A stretch of 56,204 bases of DNA from assembly GCA_902634185.1 (NCBI GenBank), contig CACPJC010000006.1, positions 1 through 56,204 of the forward strand, read 5' to 3'. Within the stretch, counting starts at the first letter, position 1. Every line of letters begins with the position of its first letter. A program made the position numbers and the translations under genes. Shown here in pieces: positions 1 to 10,093 of this stretch. The notes under the pieces are model-generated. The model did no database searches, was not told the DNA's origin, and saw nothing but the letters and a program-made list of their open reading frames with translations. Source of the stretch: an uncultured Candidatus Actinomarina sp. Its GTDB lineage: Bacteria; Actinomycetota; Acidimicrobiia; Actinomarinales; Actinomarinaceae.

Positions 1-3000
1 ATTTAAGTACTCAAGACCAAGTGCTCTAAAGACATAATCAACAATTGAGTTACTCATTTTTATGTTCTCATGGCCCTCTACCATACCTCTTGGTTCAAAT
101 GTTTGAAAAGTGAAAGTATCCACAAACTCTTCAAGAGGAACACCATATTGAAGACCTTTAGAGACAGCAATGGCAAAGCATCCAAGAACTCCCTTAAGCG
201 TTGCACCTTCTTTTGCGATATCTATGAAAACTTCGCCAAGTGTTCCATCAGGATATTCTCCAGTTCTAAGATATACTTTATGACCAGCAATTTTTGCTTC
301 TTGAGTCCATCCTTCTCTTCTTTCAGGCAACAGGAACCTTGGTCTTGTTGTTCCAGCGTAAGCTTTTGTTGGGCTTGTTCCAGCAGGATAATTTCCATGT
401 ATTAACATTGATTCGCTTTCAATTATTTCAGAGACTTGCGGATCAGCTTCTTCAGATTCACCATCATCTGATGATGCAGATAATGGTTGTGATGCTTTAG
501 ACCCATCTCTATAAATTGCTATTGCCTTAATCCCAAGACCTGCAGATTCAAAATAACAATTTTCAATATCTTCTATGGTTGCTTCATTAGGCATGTTTAC
601 AGTTTTAGAAATAGCACCAGAAATAAAAGGTTGTGCTGCAGCCATCATTCTTACATGACCCATGTAGTGAATGAATCTTTCACCATCTTTTCCACATTTG
701 TTGGCACAATCAAAGACACTAAGATCAGCATCTTTTAGATGCGGAGCTCCCTCGATCGTTTGAGTTCCACAAATGTATTTGTTTGCTTCTGCTATTTCAG
801 TCTTTATAAATCCAAGCTTCTCTAATAGATTGAAATCAAAGGACGTATATTCTTCTTCTTGGATACCTAGTCTTTGCATTGTTTCTTCCCCAATAACAAA
901 AACATTGAATGCATGTTGTATTTCAAAAGCACCCGGTAAAGAATTTTCAATACTTTCAATATCTTCATCATTCAAACCTTTTTCTTTAAGTGTTTCTTTA
1001 TTTACAAATGGAGCACCATCAAGGGACATTGAACCAATGACATATTGAATTATTTCTTCAGTTTGTTGACTGGTATAACCTAGTGCATTCAATGCTGGGC
1101 CAATTGATTGGTTCGCTATCTTCATATAGCCACCACCAGCTAGTTTCTTAAATTTCATTAATGCAAAGTCTGGTTCTACACCTGTTGTATCACAATCCAT
1201 AAGCAAACCAATGGTTCCAGTTGGAGCTAGTACAGTAGCTTGTGCATTTCTATACCCATATTTTTCACCCAGTTCAAGCGCACCATCCCATGACTCTTGT
1301 GCACCTTTTAGTAAATCAGCAGGGCATAAATCTTGATCTATTGGTAGTAAGTCATGGCTGATTCCAACATAATCACCAGAGTCATAAGCTGCTTTTCTAT
1401 GGTTACCCATAACACGAAGCATATTGTCTTTGTTTTTTGAAAATTTTGGAAATGGTCCTACTATGCTTGCCATCTCTGCTGAGGCTTTATAAGCTTCACC
1501 AGTCAACATTGCTGTTAAAGCACCTGCAATAGCTCTACCTAATTCTGAGTCATACGCAATACCTTTTCTCATTAAAAGGGATCCAAGGTTTGCATATCCC
1601 AAACCAAGTGTTCTGTAGTCATATGATCCTTGAGCGATTTCTTTTGAAGGAAACTGAGCCATCTCAACTGATATTTCAAGTACTACAGTCCAGATTCTTA
1701 GTGCATGCTTATATGATGTGACATCAAAAACCTGGTTATCATCATCATAAAACTTAACTAAGTTTAAACTTGCCAAGTTACAGGCAGTATTGTCTAAAAA
1801 TAAGTATTCAGAGCATGGATTTGAGGCTCTAATTTGTCCACCTGCTGGGGAAGTGTGCCACTCATTTATGGTTGTGTTGAATTGAACACCAGGGTCTGCA
1901 CATCTCCAAGCAGCATCTGCTATTTTATTCCATAACACTCTTGCTTTTACAGTTTTCATTGTTGAACCATCAGTTCTTGCTGTAAGTTCCCAATCTCCAT
2001 CTGTCTCGAGTGCTTTTATAAATTCATTTGGTACTCTTACAGAGTTATTTGAGTTTTGACCAGACACAGTAGCATATGCTTCGCCGTTATAGTCTGATGG
2101 ATACCCAGCATTGATTAGTGCTCTTGCCTTATCTTCTTCAATAGCTTTCCACTCAATAAAATCTTCAATATCTGGATGGTCAAGATCAAGAATAACCATT
2201 TTTGCAGCTCTTCTTGTTGTTCCACCCGATTTGATTGCACCTGCAGCTCTATCGCCAATTTTTAGAAATGACATAACACCTGAGGAAACACCTCCACCGG
2301 AAAGTTTTTCCCCCTCACCTCTTAAGTTTGAAAAGTTTGTACCTGTTCCAGATCCAAACTTGAATAATCTTGCCTCTTTTACCCAAAGGTCCATAATTCC
2401 ACCTTCATTAACAAGATCATCATCAATTGATTGAATGAAACATGCATGTGGTTGAGGTCTTGAGTAAGAGTCTTCACCCGGAGTGAGTTCACCTGTGCTT
2501 GGATCAACATACCAAAAACCTTGCGCTTTACCCGTTAAATCATATTTGTAATTAAGACCTGTGTTAAACCACTGAGGACTGTTTGGAGCTGCCATCTGTG
2601 TTGCAAGCATATACTTTAATTCATCTTCAAAGGCCTGGGCATCATCTGTTGATGCAAAATATCCAGTCTTTTCACCCCAGTGTCTCCATGTCTCTGCAAG
2701 TCGGTTGAATACCTGCTTGGACGATGTTTCAGGACCTAGAACAACTTCATCATTATCATCTTTAAGTTCGTTTCCATTTTCATCTGTTTGAGGAACACCA
2801 GCTTTTCTAAAATATTTTGAAACCATTATGTCAGTTGCTACTTGAGACCATGTTGAAGGGATCTCAACATCATTCATTTCGAAAACCACTGAACCATCTG
2901 GGTTAGTAATCTTTGAACTTCTCTTTTCCCAAACTATGTCTTTGTAAGGATCACCAGGTGAGGTATATTTCCTATTTATCTTGAGCCCTGTATTTTTTGC

Positions 3001-3003
3001 CAC
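1..3003 (-). CDS. nrdJ: Class II (adenosylcobalamin-dependent) ribonucleotide reductase, 3' end runs off the window
   Basis: Not in the ORF track because it is truncated. Hand translation from GTG 3003 (RBS AAGGAGA): MAKNTGLKINRKYT...WSQVATDIMVSKYFRKAG, APNSPQWFNTG, PQPHACFIQS, ASNPCSEY, APTGTIG; still in frame at position 1. Confidence 0.95.
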   Translation of the reverse strand, partial: MAKNTGLKINRKYTSPGDPYKDIVWEKRSSKITNPDGSVVFEMNDVEIPSTWSQVATDIMVSKYFRKAGVPQTDENGNELKDDNDEVVLGPETSSKQVFNRLAETWRHWGEKTGYFASTDDAQAFEDELKYMLATQMAAPNSPQWFNTGLNYKYDLTGKAQGFWYVDPSTGELTPGEDSYSRPQPHACFIQSIDDDLVNEGGIMDLWVKEARLFKFGSGTGTNFSNLRGEGEKLSGGGVSSGVMSFLKIGDRAAGAIKSGGTTRRAAKMVILDLDHPDIEDFIEWKAIEEDKARALINAGYPSDYNGEAYATVSGQNSNNSVRVPNEFIKALETDGDWELTARTDGSTMKTVKARVLWNKIADAAWRCADPGVQFNTTINEWHTSPAGGQIRASNPCSEYLFLDNTACNLASLNLVKFYDDDNQVFDVTSYKHALRIWTVVLEISVEMAQFPSKEIAQGSYDYRTLGLGYANLGSLLMRKGIAYDSELGRAIAGALTAMLTGEAYKASAEMASIVGPFPKFSKNKDNMLRVMGNHRKAAYDSGDYVGISHDLLPIDQDLCPADLLKGAQESWDGALELGEKYGYRNAQATVLAPTGTIGLLMDCDTTGVEPDFALMKFKKLAGGGYMKIANQSIGPALNALGYTSQQTEEIIQYVIGSMSLDGAPFVNKETLKEKGLNDEDIESIENSLPGAFEIQHAFNVFVIGEETMQRLGIQEEEYTSFDFNLLEKLGFIKTEIAEANKYICGTQTIEGAPHLKDADLSVFDCANKCGKDGERFIHYMGHVRMMAAAQPFISGAISKTVNMPNEATIEDIENCYFESAGLGIKAIAIYRDGSKASQPLSASSDDGESEEADPQVSEIIESESMLIHGNYPAGTSPTKAYAGTTRPRFLLPERREGWTQEAKIAGHKVYLRTGEYPDGTLGEVFIDIAKEGATLKGVLGCFAIAVSKGLQYGVPLEEFVDTFTFQTFEPRGMVEGHENIKMSNSIVDYVFRALGLEYLN

Positions 3004-3018
3004 AATATCTCCTTTTTA

Positions 3019-3065
3019 TAACTAAATGTAGTATATGCCACTGTTTTTGACACTAAATATAGTGT
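3019..3065 (-). promoter_or_regulatory. Tandem NrdR boxes
   Basis: ACACTATATTTAGTGT (3050-3065) and ATACTACATTTAGTTA (3019-3034) on the minus strand match the acaCwAtATaTwGtgt consensus; 31 bp apart and directly upstream of nrdJ. Confidence 0.88.
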
Positions 3066-3071
3066 TTTTTA

Positions 3072-3099
3072 ATTATATACAAATCACTTTAGTTTTCAA
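3072..3099 (-). promoter_or_regulatory. Sigma70-type promoter of nrdJ
   Basis: TTGAAA (3094-3099), 16-nt spacer, TATAAT (3072-3077); the predicted start site falls at the edge of the distal NrdR box. Confidence 0.7.
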
Positions 3100-3129
3100 G
3101 CATATCTAGGTAAAATTTTCGCGAGGATA

Positions 3130-3873
3130 ATGTTACAAACCCAACTTAGATACATCCAGACAGTTCTTACTTTTGGAATTTTTATAACAATTTTTTTAAA
3201 CAATGAAAATCTAATTATCTCTTGTTTTGTTGGATTAATTCTAGCTTGGCAACTAGAGCTACTTGCATGTGAGTTACGTACAACGAATAATGAATATATA
3301 CTAATTTTTCTACTACTCATAACCTCTTTTTCCCCTGTCGCGACAATATTTTTTGAAATTAGCGAAATAAAGAATATGATCTTTTTGATTTCGATCCTGA
3401 TAGGTATTTTTTATCTTACTTTTAAAGATATAAGTATTTCTACATTCGGAAATGCTTATTTAGTGACATTTATTTCTTTTTTTCTAGTTTCTTTTTTTGT
3501 TTCAAAACCGTTTAGTGAAAATTTAGATTTTCTAACTTTTTTGTTTCTAATACTTTTTTTTATAAAAACTTTGGCAACTTTTTTCAATATACAATTTAGC
3601 AATTATCAATATTTCTTTAATTTTTTTGCATCGTTTTTTGTTGTTTCAACAGTTAGTTTGTTCTCTGGCTTCACCATACAATATGTTTTGATTGCAGCAG
3701 GATTAATATCAATTTTTACAGTGATAATGAATTTTCTCTTTCAGAGAAACAGAAGAGAATATAAATATTTTTCAACACTCACGACCCAAATCTATCTTTA
3801 TGATTATTTAGTTTCTTTTTTATTTGCTTTGTATTTTGTAGATGTATTAAATCTCATTAATGGATTATTCTAG
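3130..3873 (+). CDS. Polytopic membrane protein, possibly a highly diverged CdsA/CTP_transf_1-like protein
   Basis: 247 aa, hydrophobic throughout; C-terminal YLYDYLVSFLFA loosely recalls the CdsA GxLDRxDSLLFA motif. Confidence 0.55.
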   Translation: MLQTQLRYIQTVLTFGIFITIFLNNENLIISCFVGLILAWQLELLACELRTTNNEYILIFLLLITSFSPVATIFFEISEIKNMIFLISILIGIFYLTFKDISISTFGNAYLVTFISFFLVSFFVSKPFSENLDFLTFLFLILFFIKTLATFFNIQFSNYQYFFNFFASFFVVSTVSLFSGFTIQYVLIAAGLISIFTVIMNFLFQRNRREYKYFSTLTTQIYLYDYLVSFLFALYFVDVLNLINGLF

Positions 3874-3878
3874 AATTT

Positions 3879-4700
3879 GTGGTTAAAGACTTAGTAGCAA
3901 ACTCTCCATTTATTGATATCGGGTTCACACAATCTGGTGCAAAATTAAACAATTCAAAATCAGAAGCTATTTTTGATTACTACAAGTTAGAGTCAAACAC
4001 TCTTGAATTTCAAATTGATAGGGATTTTACTGACTATCGAATTACACCCTATTTTTCTGAGGACCAAATCAAGGACTTGAAAATAGAGTATTTTCAATTT
4101 GATTCGCTTAGTTACTTTCAGATTTCTCAATTCTTAAACCAAAACACTTTTAATTCTATTGAAATTGTCAAAAGTGATATATCTGTATACCTTGAGCTTC
4201 CTGAAAGTTATGAAATATACCTAAGTGCTCTATCTAAAAAAAATAGACATGAGCTAAAGAGAAAGAAAAGAATATTTAATGATAAATTTGGAGATATCTC
4301 TTTTCAAAAAAGTAAAAATAGTGATATTTTTGATGAATTTGTAAGATTACACAAGAAGTCCACAGGTGCAAAAGGGAAGTACATGACTGAAACAGTTGAG
4401 AGTTTCTATAGATCACTAATTGAACAGGAAAATTGGTACATTTATTATATTAATTACAACGATTCTATGATTTCCTCAGCTTTTGTATACGAGTCAGAAA
4501 TCGTAGATTATCTTTATAACTCATGCAGAGATCATTCTTTAGAAGAATTTAATACGGGGACTTATTTGAATGATCAGTTGTTGCAAAACAGTATCAATAA
4601 TAAGAAAAGATATTTTGATTATTTAAAGGGTGATGAAAAATATAAATTTAATTTTGGTGGTCAAGTACATCAATTATATGATCTAAAAATTAAAGTATGA
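3879..4700 (+). CDS. GNAT-fold protein (Acetyltransf_6/CelD-BcsL-like)
   Basis: LPESYEIYLSALSKKNRHELKRKKR and FDYLKGDEKYKFNFG motifs. Confidence 0.8.
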   Translation: MVKDLVANSPFIDIGFTQSGAKLNNSKSEAIFDYYKLESNTLEFQIDRDFTDYRITPYFSEDQIKDLKIEYFQFDSLSYFQISQFLNQNTFNSIEIVKSDISVYLELPESYEIYLSALSKKNRHELKRKKRIFNDKFGDISFQKSKNSDIFDEFVRLHKKSTGAKGKYMTETVESFYRSLIEQENWYIYYINYNDSMISSAFVYESEIVDYLYNSCRDHSLEEFNTGTYLNDQLLQNSINNKKRYFDYLKGDEKYKFNFGGQVHQLYDLKIKV

Positions 4701-5836
4701 ATATTCTTCAGCTTGCATTTCACACCTCTCCTTTTAATGAAGTAGGAAAGAATGATGGGGGAGGTATGAGTATTTATGTTCAACAAATTTCAAGACATTT
4801 ATCAGACAATCACAATGTAACTGTTGTAACAGGTGAAAAAGCAGAAAGCTTTAAAGATAACAATCTTGAATTTATTTCGCTGAACATTTTTGAATCCAAT
4901 CTTAATGTCGAAGATAAAGAAGTTTTCTTACAAGAATTTAAAAATAAGCTTGAAGAATCTTTAGACCTAAAAAGTTTTGACGTAATTCATGCACACTATT
5001 GGTTGTCAGGTCTTGTTGCAAAAGAGATATCAAATGAATTCGACATACCATTTGTTTTTACATCTCATAGTTTGGGGGTTTTTCTAGATGGTTATAACAA
5101 AGAAAGAGTTGATTGTGAAAAAATTGTAATGACCTCATCTGATCTAGTTACTGCTTCTTCAGAATTTGAAAATATGTTGATTGCTGACACATACAAAGTT
5201 GACGAAAATAAAATTAAAAAAATTATTCCTGGAGTTGATAGAGAAATATTTTCACCAGATTTGTCTATTAAAAGAGAAAATATTTTTTTATCGATTGGCA
5301 GAATACAGGAACAAAAAGGACAGCTTCAAACATTAAAATTTTTACATAATTTTAGAAAAATTGTAAATGATTTCAGATGTATTTTTATCGGAGGTCCTAG
5401 TGGTAAATACGGAGATGAATATTTACTGGAACTAGAACAAACTGTAAAAGATTTTAATTTGGAAACACATGTTGAGTTCTTGGATAACCTTGAACAAACG
5501 AAAATTATTGAACTCCTTAATAAAGCAAAACTATTGATTCATACTTCACGATTTGAAACCTTTGGACTTGTTGCGATTGAAGCTAATACGATGGGAGTAC
5601 CAGTATTAACTATAAATAATGGATCATTGATGGAAATTATTGAAAACAATAAGAATGGTTATTTATCTGAGAATTTAATTGATATAGAGGTCAATAATTT
5701 TGTTAAAAACTTAGTCAATGAAAATAAAAAATTTGAGGAAATTTCTTTATCATGTATCGAAAAATCAAAAAAATATGATTGGGTAAAAACCTCCTCGAAT
5801 ATTGAAAAAGAGTACGAATTACTACTTTTCAAGTGA
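4697..5836 (+). CDS. mshA: GT4 glycosyltransferase, D-inositol-3-phosphate glycosyltransferase (mycothiol biosynthesis)
   Basis: HTSP...GGMSIYV, DVIHAHYWLSG, GRIQEQKG and ETFGLVAIEA motifs typical of MshA. Confidence 0.8.
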   Translation: MNILQLAFHTSPFNEVGKNDGGGMSIYVQQISRHLSDNHNVTVVTGEKAESFKDNNLEFISLNIFESNLNVEDKEVFLQEFKNKLEESLDLKSFDVIHAHYWLSGLVAKEISNEFDIPFVFTSHSLGVFLDGYNKERVDCEKIVMTSSDLVTASSEFENMLIADTYKVDENKIKKIIPGVDREIFSPDLSIKRENIFLSIGRIQEQKGQLQTLKFLHNFRKIVNDFRCIFIGGPSGKYGDEYLLELEQTVKDFNLETHVEFLDNLEQTKIIELLNKAKLLIHTSRFETFGLVAIEANTMGVPVLTINNGSLMEIIENNKNGYLSENLIDIEVNNFVKNLVNENKKFEEISLSCIEKSKKYDWVKTSSNIEKEYELLLFK

Positions 5837-7042
5837 AGTTAGAAAATTACTAACAGTTCTAATATATAATTCTGGATCAGCATTCCAAGCTTGCACATGT
5901 CCAACATTTTCATATCTCATATATGTAAGATTTTTATCTCTTTTTGATGCTATGAAATCTGACAAAGATACTGGTATCCACTCATCGTCATCGCCATGAA
6001 AAAGTAGCATTGGAACAGTAGAATCAATCACAGCCTCTCTGTAGTCCATACTATCAAAGTCGATACCAAATCGTACTTCAGATAGCCATGTGTAATAATC
6101 AAAAAGGCTCTCTGGAAGCCAAGGAAATCTTGCTTGTCCATTTACTTCAACACTTTCAATAAAATTGAATGTTGGAGCTTCCAAAATCACCCCATCTACT
6201 AAAGATTTATCACTTGAGTTTTGAAGCCAAGAAGCAACTGGGCCTCCACCTCCACTTACACCCCATAAAACTACACTTTTTGCTCCATTTTGCCTTGCGT
6301 ATTTAATTGCTCCATCAACATCTTCCCACTCTGTAGCTCCGTATTGATACATTCCTGATGGATCTTGCTTCATGCCAGCATCATTTCTATACGCAATTAT
6401 CATTGACTTCCATCCAATTTCTTCAATTTCTTGAGCTCTAAGCAATGCAAAAACTTCCCTTTGGTAATTTCCTCGAAAACCATGTATAAATATTACCCAA
6501 CCATCCTCACCTTTATTTGTTAAGAAAGCTGGATATTCACTAAATGTTGATGTGTAGGTTACTTCTTCATAATCTAGTTTTGAGACTGACATTGGAGTGT
6601 ATATTCCTTCAGTTGCTTGTCCAGACCAACCAGATGCTCCAACGGGTATATAGTTTCCTTCAGAATTTTCAACTAAAGAGAGGCTATAAGATACTCTTTC
6701 ACCCACAACTAAGTTTCCCTCTTGATAATCTATTTTTCTTTCAACAATTCCATCTTTTTCTTCAATAATGTCACTAACAACCATGAAGCCATTTTGTCCT
6801 AATACACCATATATTCCATTTTCTAGGAGTGGGCCCCAAAGCTCATCCTTGACGTCTAATAAAACTGTATTTTCATTTATTTGTTCTACTACAATATTGT
6901 CTTCGGCAGTACCTGCATCAAGGTTGTCTTGATTGTTAATATTAAATCCAATTTCGTAAATTAATCCAGAAAAATACCAACCTGAACCAACAAGAATAAC
7001 TGTTAATAATATACCTATTCCAATAAATATTTTTTTTATCAA
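5822..7042 (-). CDS. Membrane-anchored alpha/beta hydrolase
   Basis: N-terminal TM helix, IFIHG, nucleophile elbow GVSGG, HGDDDEWIP, GHVQAWN. Confidence 0.88.
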   Translation of the reverse strand: MIKKIFIGIGILLTVILVGSGWYFSGLIYEIGFNINNQDNLDAGTAEDNIVVEQINENTVLLDVKDELWGPLLENGIYGVLGQNGFMVVSDIIEEKDGIVERKIDYQEGNLVVGERVSYSLSLVENSEGNYIPVGASGWSGQATEGIYTPMSVSKLDYEEVTYTSTFSEYPAFLTNKGEDGWVIFIHGFRGNYQREVFALLRAQEIEEIGWKSMIIAYRNDAGMKQDPSGMYQYGATEWEDVDGAIKYARQNGAKSVVLWGVSGGGGPVASWLQNSSDKSLVDGVILEAPTFNFIESVEVNGQARFPWLPESLFDYYTWLSEVRFGIDFDSMDYREAVIDSTVPMLLFHGDDDEWIPVSLSDFIASKRDKNLTYMRYENVGHVQAWNADPELYIRTVSNFLTSLEK

Positions 7043-7980
7043 TTCAATCTCTCTCTAAAAAATGGGACTATTTTACTCAAAAACTCATCTGGATACACAA
7101 ACATAATTTCTGTATGAGAGAGTTCAGGGTATCTATTAATTAACATTTCAACATTGTATTGGTTTCCTGCATTAATTAAATCATCAGTGTGGTGTGATAG
7201 TACTCTATCGCTCTTTATTCCATTAAAAATAATCATTGGATTTTTTCCTTTGGAAACACCATCTTCAGGACTTACTTCAGTTATATCTATTCCCTCAAAA
7301 AGCAATGCATAATGATTTACTGGTTCATATAGAAATGGAGGAAAACCTTGGTAAATTAATTCTTCTCTAACAAGAGTTGCAAAATCGAATGGGGTGTCAA
7401 CAATTGAAAGAGCACTTATATCATCGCTTGCATATTGAGCCATCAAAGCAACCATCGCACCAAATGATGAACCGTGTATACCAATTTTGTTAGACGGTAT
7501 ATTTTTTTCATTTACTAGCCAATCAATTGCTGCCTTTACGTCGTAGATTTCTTTTTGACCTGCGGAATGAACACCATCTTCACAGGTACTTTCACCATGA
7601 TCTCTGAAGTCAAATGTTAAATAGTTGAATCCTTCACTAACAAGCATGCCTCCTACTAATAAAACATCAGGTGAATGCTTACCACTTGTGACACCATGCA
7701 AACCTATTACTGTTGGAGCGTTTTTATCTGTTTCCATCCACCATCCACTTAAAACAACATCATCATTTGTATTAATTAAGACAGTCTCATAATCTTGAAC
7801 AAAATATTTTGATGGGTCCCAATCTGCTTTTTCTCCAAGCGAGAAGTTATCAGGTCTATTATCCTTTTCAGATTCTACAATCGAACAGGGTACAGCTACT
7901 GATTCTCCATAAACATAAAAACCAATTCCAAAATATGCAATAACTACAAAAAATAAAACTCCGATTATTATTTTTCTCAT
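7039..7980 (-). CDS. Membrane-anchored alpha/beta hydrolase
   Basis: N-terminal TM helix, GLHG, FDFRDHGES, GSSFG, C-terminal Asp and His of the triad. Confidence 0.88.
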   Translation of the reverse strand: MRKIIIGVLFFVVIAYFGIGFYVYGESVAVPCSIVESEKDNRPDNFSLGEKADWDPSKYFVQDYETVLINTNDDVVLSGWWMETDKNAPTVIGLHGVTSGKHSPDVLLVGGMLVSEGFNYLTFDFRDHGESTCEDGVHSAGQKEIYDVKAAIDWLVNEKNIPSNKIGIHGSSFGAMVALMAQYASDDISALSIVDTPFDFATLVREELIYQGFPPFLYEPVNHYALLFEGIDITEVSPEDGVSKGKNPMIIFNGIKSDRVLSHHTDDLINAGNQYNVEMLINRYPELSHTEIMFVYPDEFLSKIVPFFRERLN

Positions 7981-8031
7981 CTTGTCCCTTTTTATTTAAT
8001 TAAGATTTCAAGTACTTTTATACTTAGTCTA

Positions 8032-8835
8032 ATGAAAAAGATAATATCATTTGCATCAGATTTTGGAATTTCAGACGGTTCAGTTGGCATTGTTAAAGGT
8101 GTAATTAGTAGAATCGACCCCAATATCAAAGTCAATGATATTTCTCATGGGATTCCACCACAAAATATCAAATATGGAAGTCTCTTACTCATGAGGGCTA
8201 TTCAATATATTCCACAAGGCGTTCTCTTAGCAGTTGTTGATCCAGGTGTAGGGACAGAAAGAAAACCTGTTGCTATAGAGACTGATTGGGGGGTGATGAT
8301 TGGACCTGATAATGGATTATTAAATCTTGCATGTGCAACTGTAGGTGGAGCTAAAAAAGCATATCTTCTTGAAAATGAAAATTGGATTATCCCTAGTGAT
8401 GGAAATACTTTTCATGCTAGAGATATATTCTCTCCTTTTGCTGCAGGTTTAGCGTCAGGTCAGCTTGATATCAAAGATTGTGGAGAGGAAGTTGATTTGA
8501 TGAATCTTCAACAATATTTGATTCCCTTAACAGAAAAAAAAGAAGATGAGGTAAAGGGCGAAATCTTGTGGATAGATCATTACGGTAATTGTCAAACCAA
8601 CATTTCACCCGATGAACTTAATGATCTCGGAAAAAATATTGGAGATGTTTTAAGCGTAAATATACAAAATCAGGAAATTAAAATGACATGGTCCCAAACC
8701 TATCAAAATGATGGAGTAAACCAAGTTGGTTTGATTACTGACTCGTGGGGTATGATTTCAATCTTTGCTAAAAACAACAATGCTTCAGAAATAATAGGTG
8801 TAGTTGATGGTGAGAAAATAGATATTAAGAAATAA
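8032..8835 (+). CDS. SAM hydroxide adenosyltransferase (DUF62, chlorinase/fluorinase superfamily)
   Basis: SDFG, VVDPGVGTER, GPDNG, TFHARDIF, IDHYGN. Confidence 0.92.
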   Translation: MKKIISFASDFGISDGSVGIVKGVISRIDPNIKVNDISHGIPPQNIKYGSLLLMRAIQYIPQGVLLAVVDPGVGTERKPVAIETDWGVMIGPDNGLLNLACATVGGAKKAYLLENENWIIPSDGNTFHARDIFSPFAAGLASGQLDIKDCGEEVDLMNLQQYLIPLTEKKEDEVKGEILWIDHYGNCQTNISPDELNDLGKNIGDVLSVNIQNQEIKMTWSQTYQNDGVNQVGLITDSWGMISIFAKNNNASEIIGVVDGEKIDIKK

Positions 8836-8911
8836 TATTTAAAACAATCGCACCTGAAACAAAAATAATTACAGCTAATAAAACGATAAATATTAAAGTC
8901 CAAGGTCTCAT
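8825..8911 (-). CDS. Putative 28-aa single-helix membrane micro-protein MRPWTLIFIVLLAVIIFVSGAIVLNIIS
   Basis: Hand-translated ATG..TAA ORF filling the gap between flanking genes; clean TM helix; -10 TAATAT 6 nt upstream of the ATG. Confidence 0.6.
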   Translation of the reverse strand: MRPWTLIFIVLLAVIIFVSGAIVLNIIS

Positions 8912-8928
8912 TTGACTATATTAGAGAT
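8912..8928. promoter_or_regulatory. Bidirectional leaderless promoter with overlapping -10 elements
   Basis: TATATT (+, 8917-8922) lies 6 nt before ATG 8929 and TAATAT (-, 8918-8923) lies 6 nt before ATG 8911. Confidence 0.55.
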
Positions 8929-9186
8929 ATGCCTACTTTACGTATTGTCGTAACCGAAAATTGTGAATTATGTGATAAAGGTTTAAAAAGCTTAGGCTAT
9001 TTAAACAATCTTTTTAATATTGAAAAAGTTGATATTCAAGATGGTTATGAAGAATTTTTATTGAGAGTGCCTGTTGTTTTATATGGTAAAAAAGTTTTAG
9101 ATGAGGGAATCTTAAGTCAATTTAATATTGTGAAAAATTTTCTAAAATACAATATTCTTAAGATCCTGTTACATATCGATATTTAA
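8929..9186 (+). CDS. Glutaredoxin-like protein (DUF836-like)
   Basis: 85 aa, CELC motif and RVPV cis-Pro motif. Confidence 0.8.
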   Translation: MPTLRIVVTENCELCDKGLKSLGYLNNLFNIEKVDIQDGYEEFLLRVPVVLYGKKVLDEGILSQFNIVKNFLKYNILKILLHIDI

Positions 9187-9190
9187 AAGA

Positions 9191-10093
9191 CTATATATCT
9201 ATTGGCTTTGATTTGTCTGTATTTTCTACTTTATCTTCTAAAAATGTAATAATTTCATCTGCAACATCAATATCTGATGCAGTTTCGATTCCTTCTAATC
9301 CGGGAGAGGAATTTACTTCAAGTACCAAAGGACCTCTGTTTGATTGAATTAGATCAACTCCTGCAACATCCAATTTAAGAATCTTTGCTGCTTTAACTGC
9401 ACTCTCTTCCTCTTCAGGAGATATATCATAATTTTCAACTCTTCCTCCTAAGTGTACATTTGATCTAAATTCTCCAGGTTTTGCAATTCTTTTCATTGAG
9501 GCAACTACTTTATCTCCCACAACGATTGCTCTTATATCTTCACCTTTAGACTCACTGATAAACTCTTGAACAAGAATGTTTGCATCAATTTTTTTCATTG
9601 TCTCAATTACACTTATTGCAGCATCCATTGTTTCAGTTAAGACTACACCTCTTCCCTGAGTTCCCTCAAGTAATTTAATAACAAATGGTGGTTCACCTAC
9701 ACTTTTTAAAACAGATTCAACGTCTCTAGAAAAATGAACATAACCGGTTATGGGCATCTCTACACCTGTATTTCCAATAAGCTGTAAAGCTCTCAATTTA
9801 TCTCTAGATCTACTAATTCCAGCTGATGAATTTGCTGAAACAGAACCCATTAATTCAAATTGTCTTACAACGGCCGCACCATAAAATGTCCATGTTGCAG
9901 CAATTCTTGGTATTACAGAATCATAATTTAATTCACGACCAGCAGAGAATATTCTTGGTTTTGCTTTTGCAATATTCATGTAACACCTTAAATAACTTAC
10001 AACCTCAGTATCATGACCTCTTTTAATTGCCGTATCGTAAAGGCGTTTTGTTGAATATAGCCTTATGTCTTGTGATAATATTCCTATCTTCAT
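9191..10093 (-). CDS. rimK: RimK alpha-L-glutamate ligase (ATP-grasp)
   Basis: [45 protein letters not shown]. Confidence 0.95.
   Translation of the reverse strand: MKIGILSQDIRLYSTKRLYDTAIKRGHDTEVVSYLRCYMNIAKAKPRIFSAGRELNYDSVIPRIAATWTFYGAAVVRQFELMGSVSANSSAGISRSRDKLRALQLIGNTGVEMPITGYVHFSRDVESVLKSVGEPPFVIKLLEGTQGRGVVLTETMDAAISVIETMKKIDANILVQEFISESKGEDIRAIVVGDKVVASMKRIAKPGEFRSNVHLGGRVENYDISPEEEESAVKAAKILKLDVAGVDLIQSNRGPLVLEVNSSPGLEGIETASDIDVADEIITFLEDKVENTDKSKPIDI

Noticed and set aside
70-2434. Plus-strand ORFs of 68-111 aa
   Set aside because: Antisense shadows of nrdJ with no motifs; the same applies to most short ORFs nested opposite other genes
1-3003. Intein or intron in nrdJ
   Set aside because: Conserved motifs appear in normal order and spacing, and I saw no splice-junction or endonuclease signature in the visible part
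8032-8835. SAM-dependent chlorinase or fluorinase
   Set aside because: The Asp-Arg-His triad (VVDPG, TER, TFH) of the hydroxide adenosyltransferase subgroup is present
8703-8903. 66-aa Cys-rich minus-strand ORF in the track
   Set aside because: It overlaps the DUF62 gene extensively; the 28-aa ORF in another frame fits the gap and the promoter better
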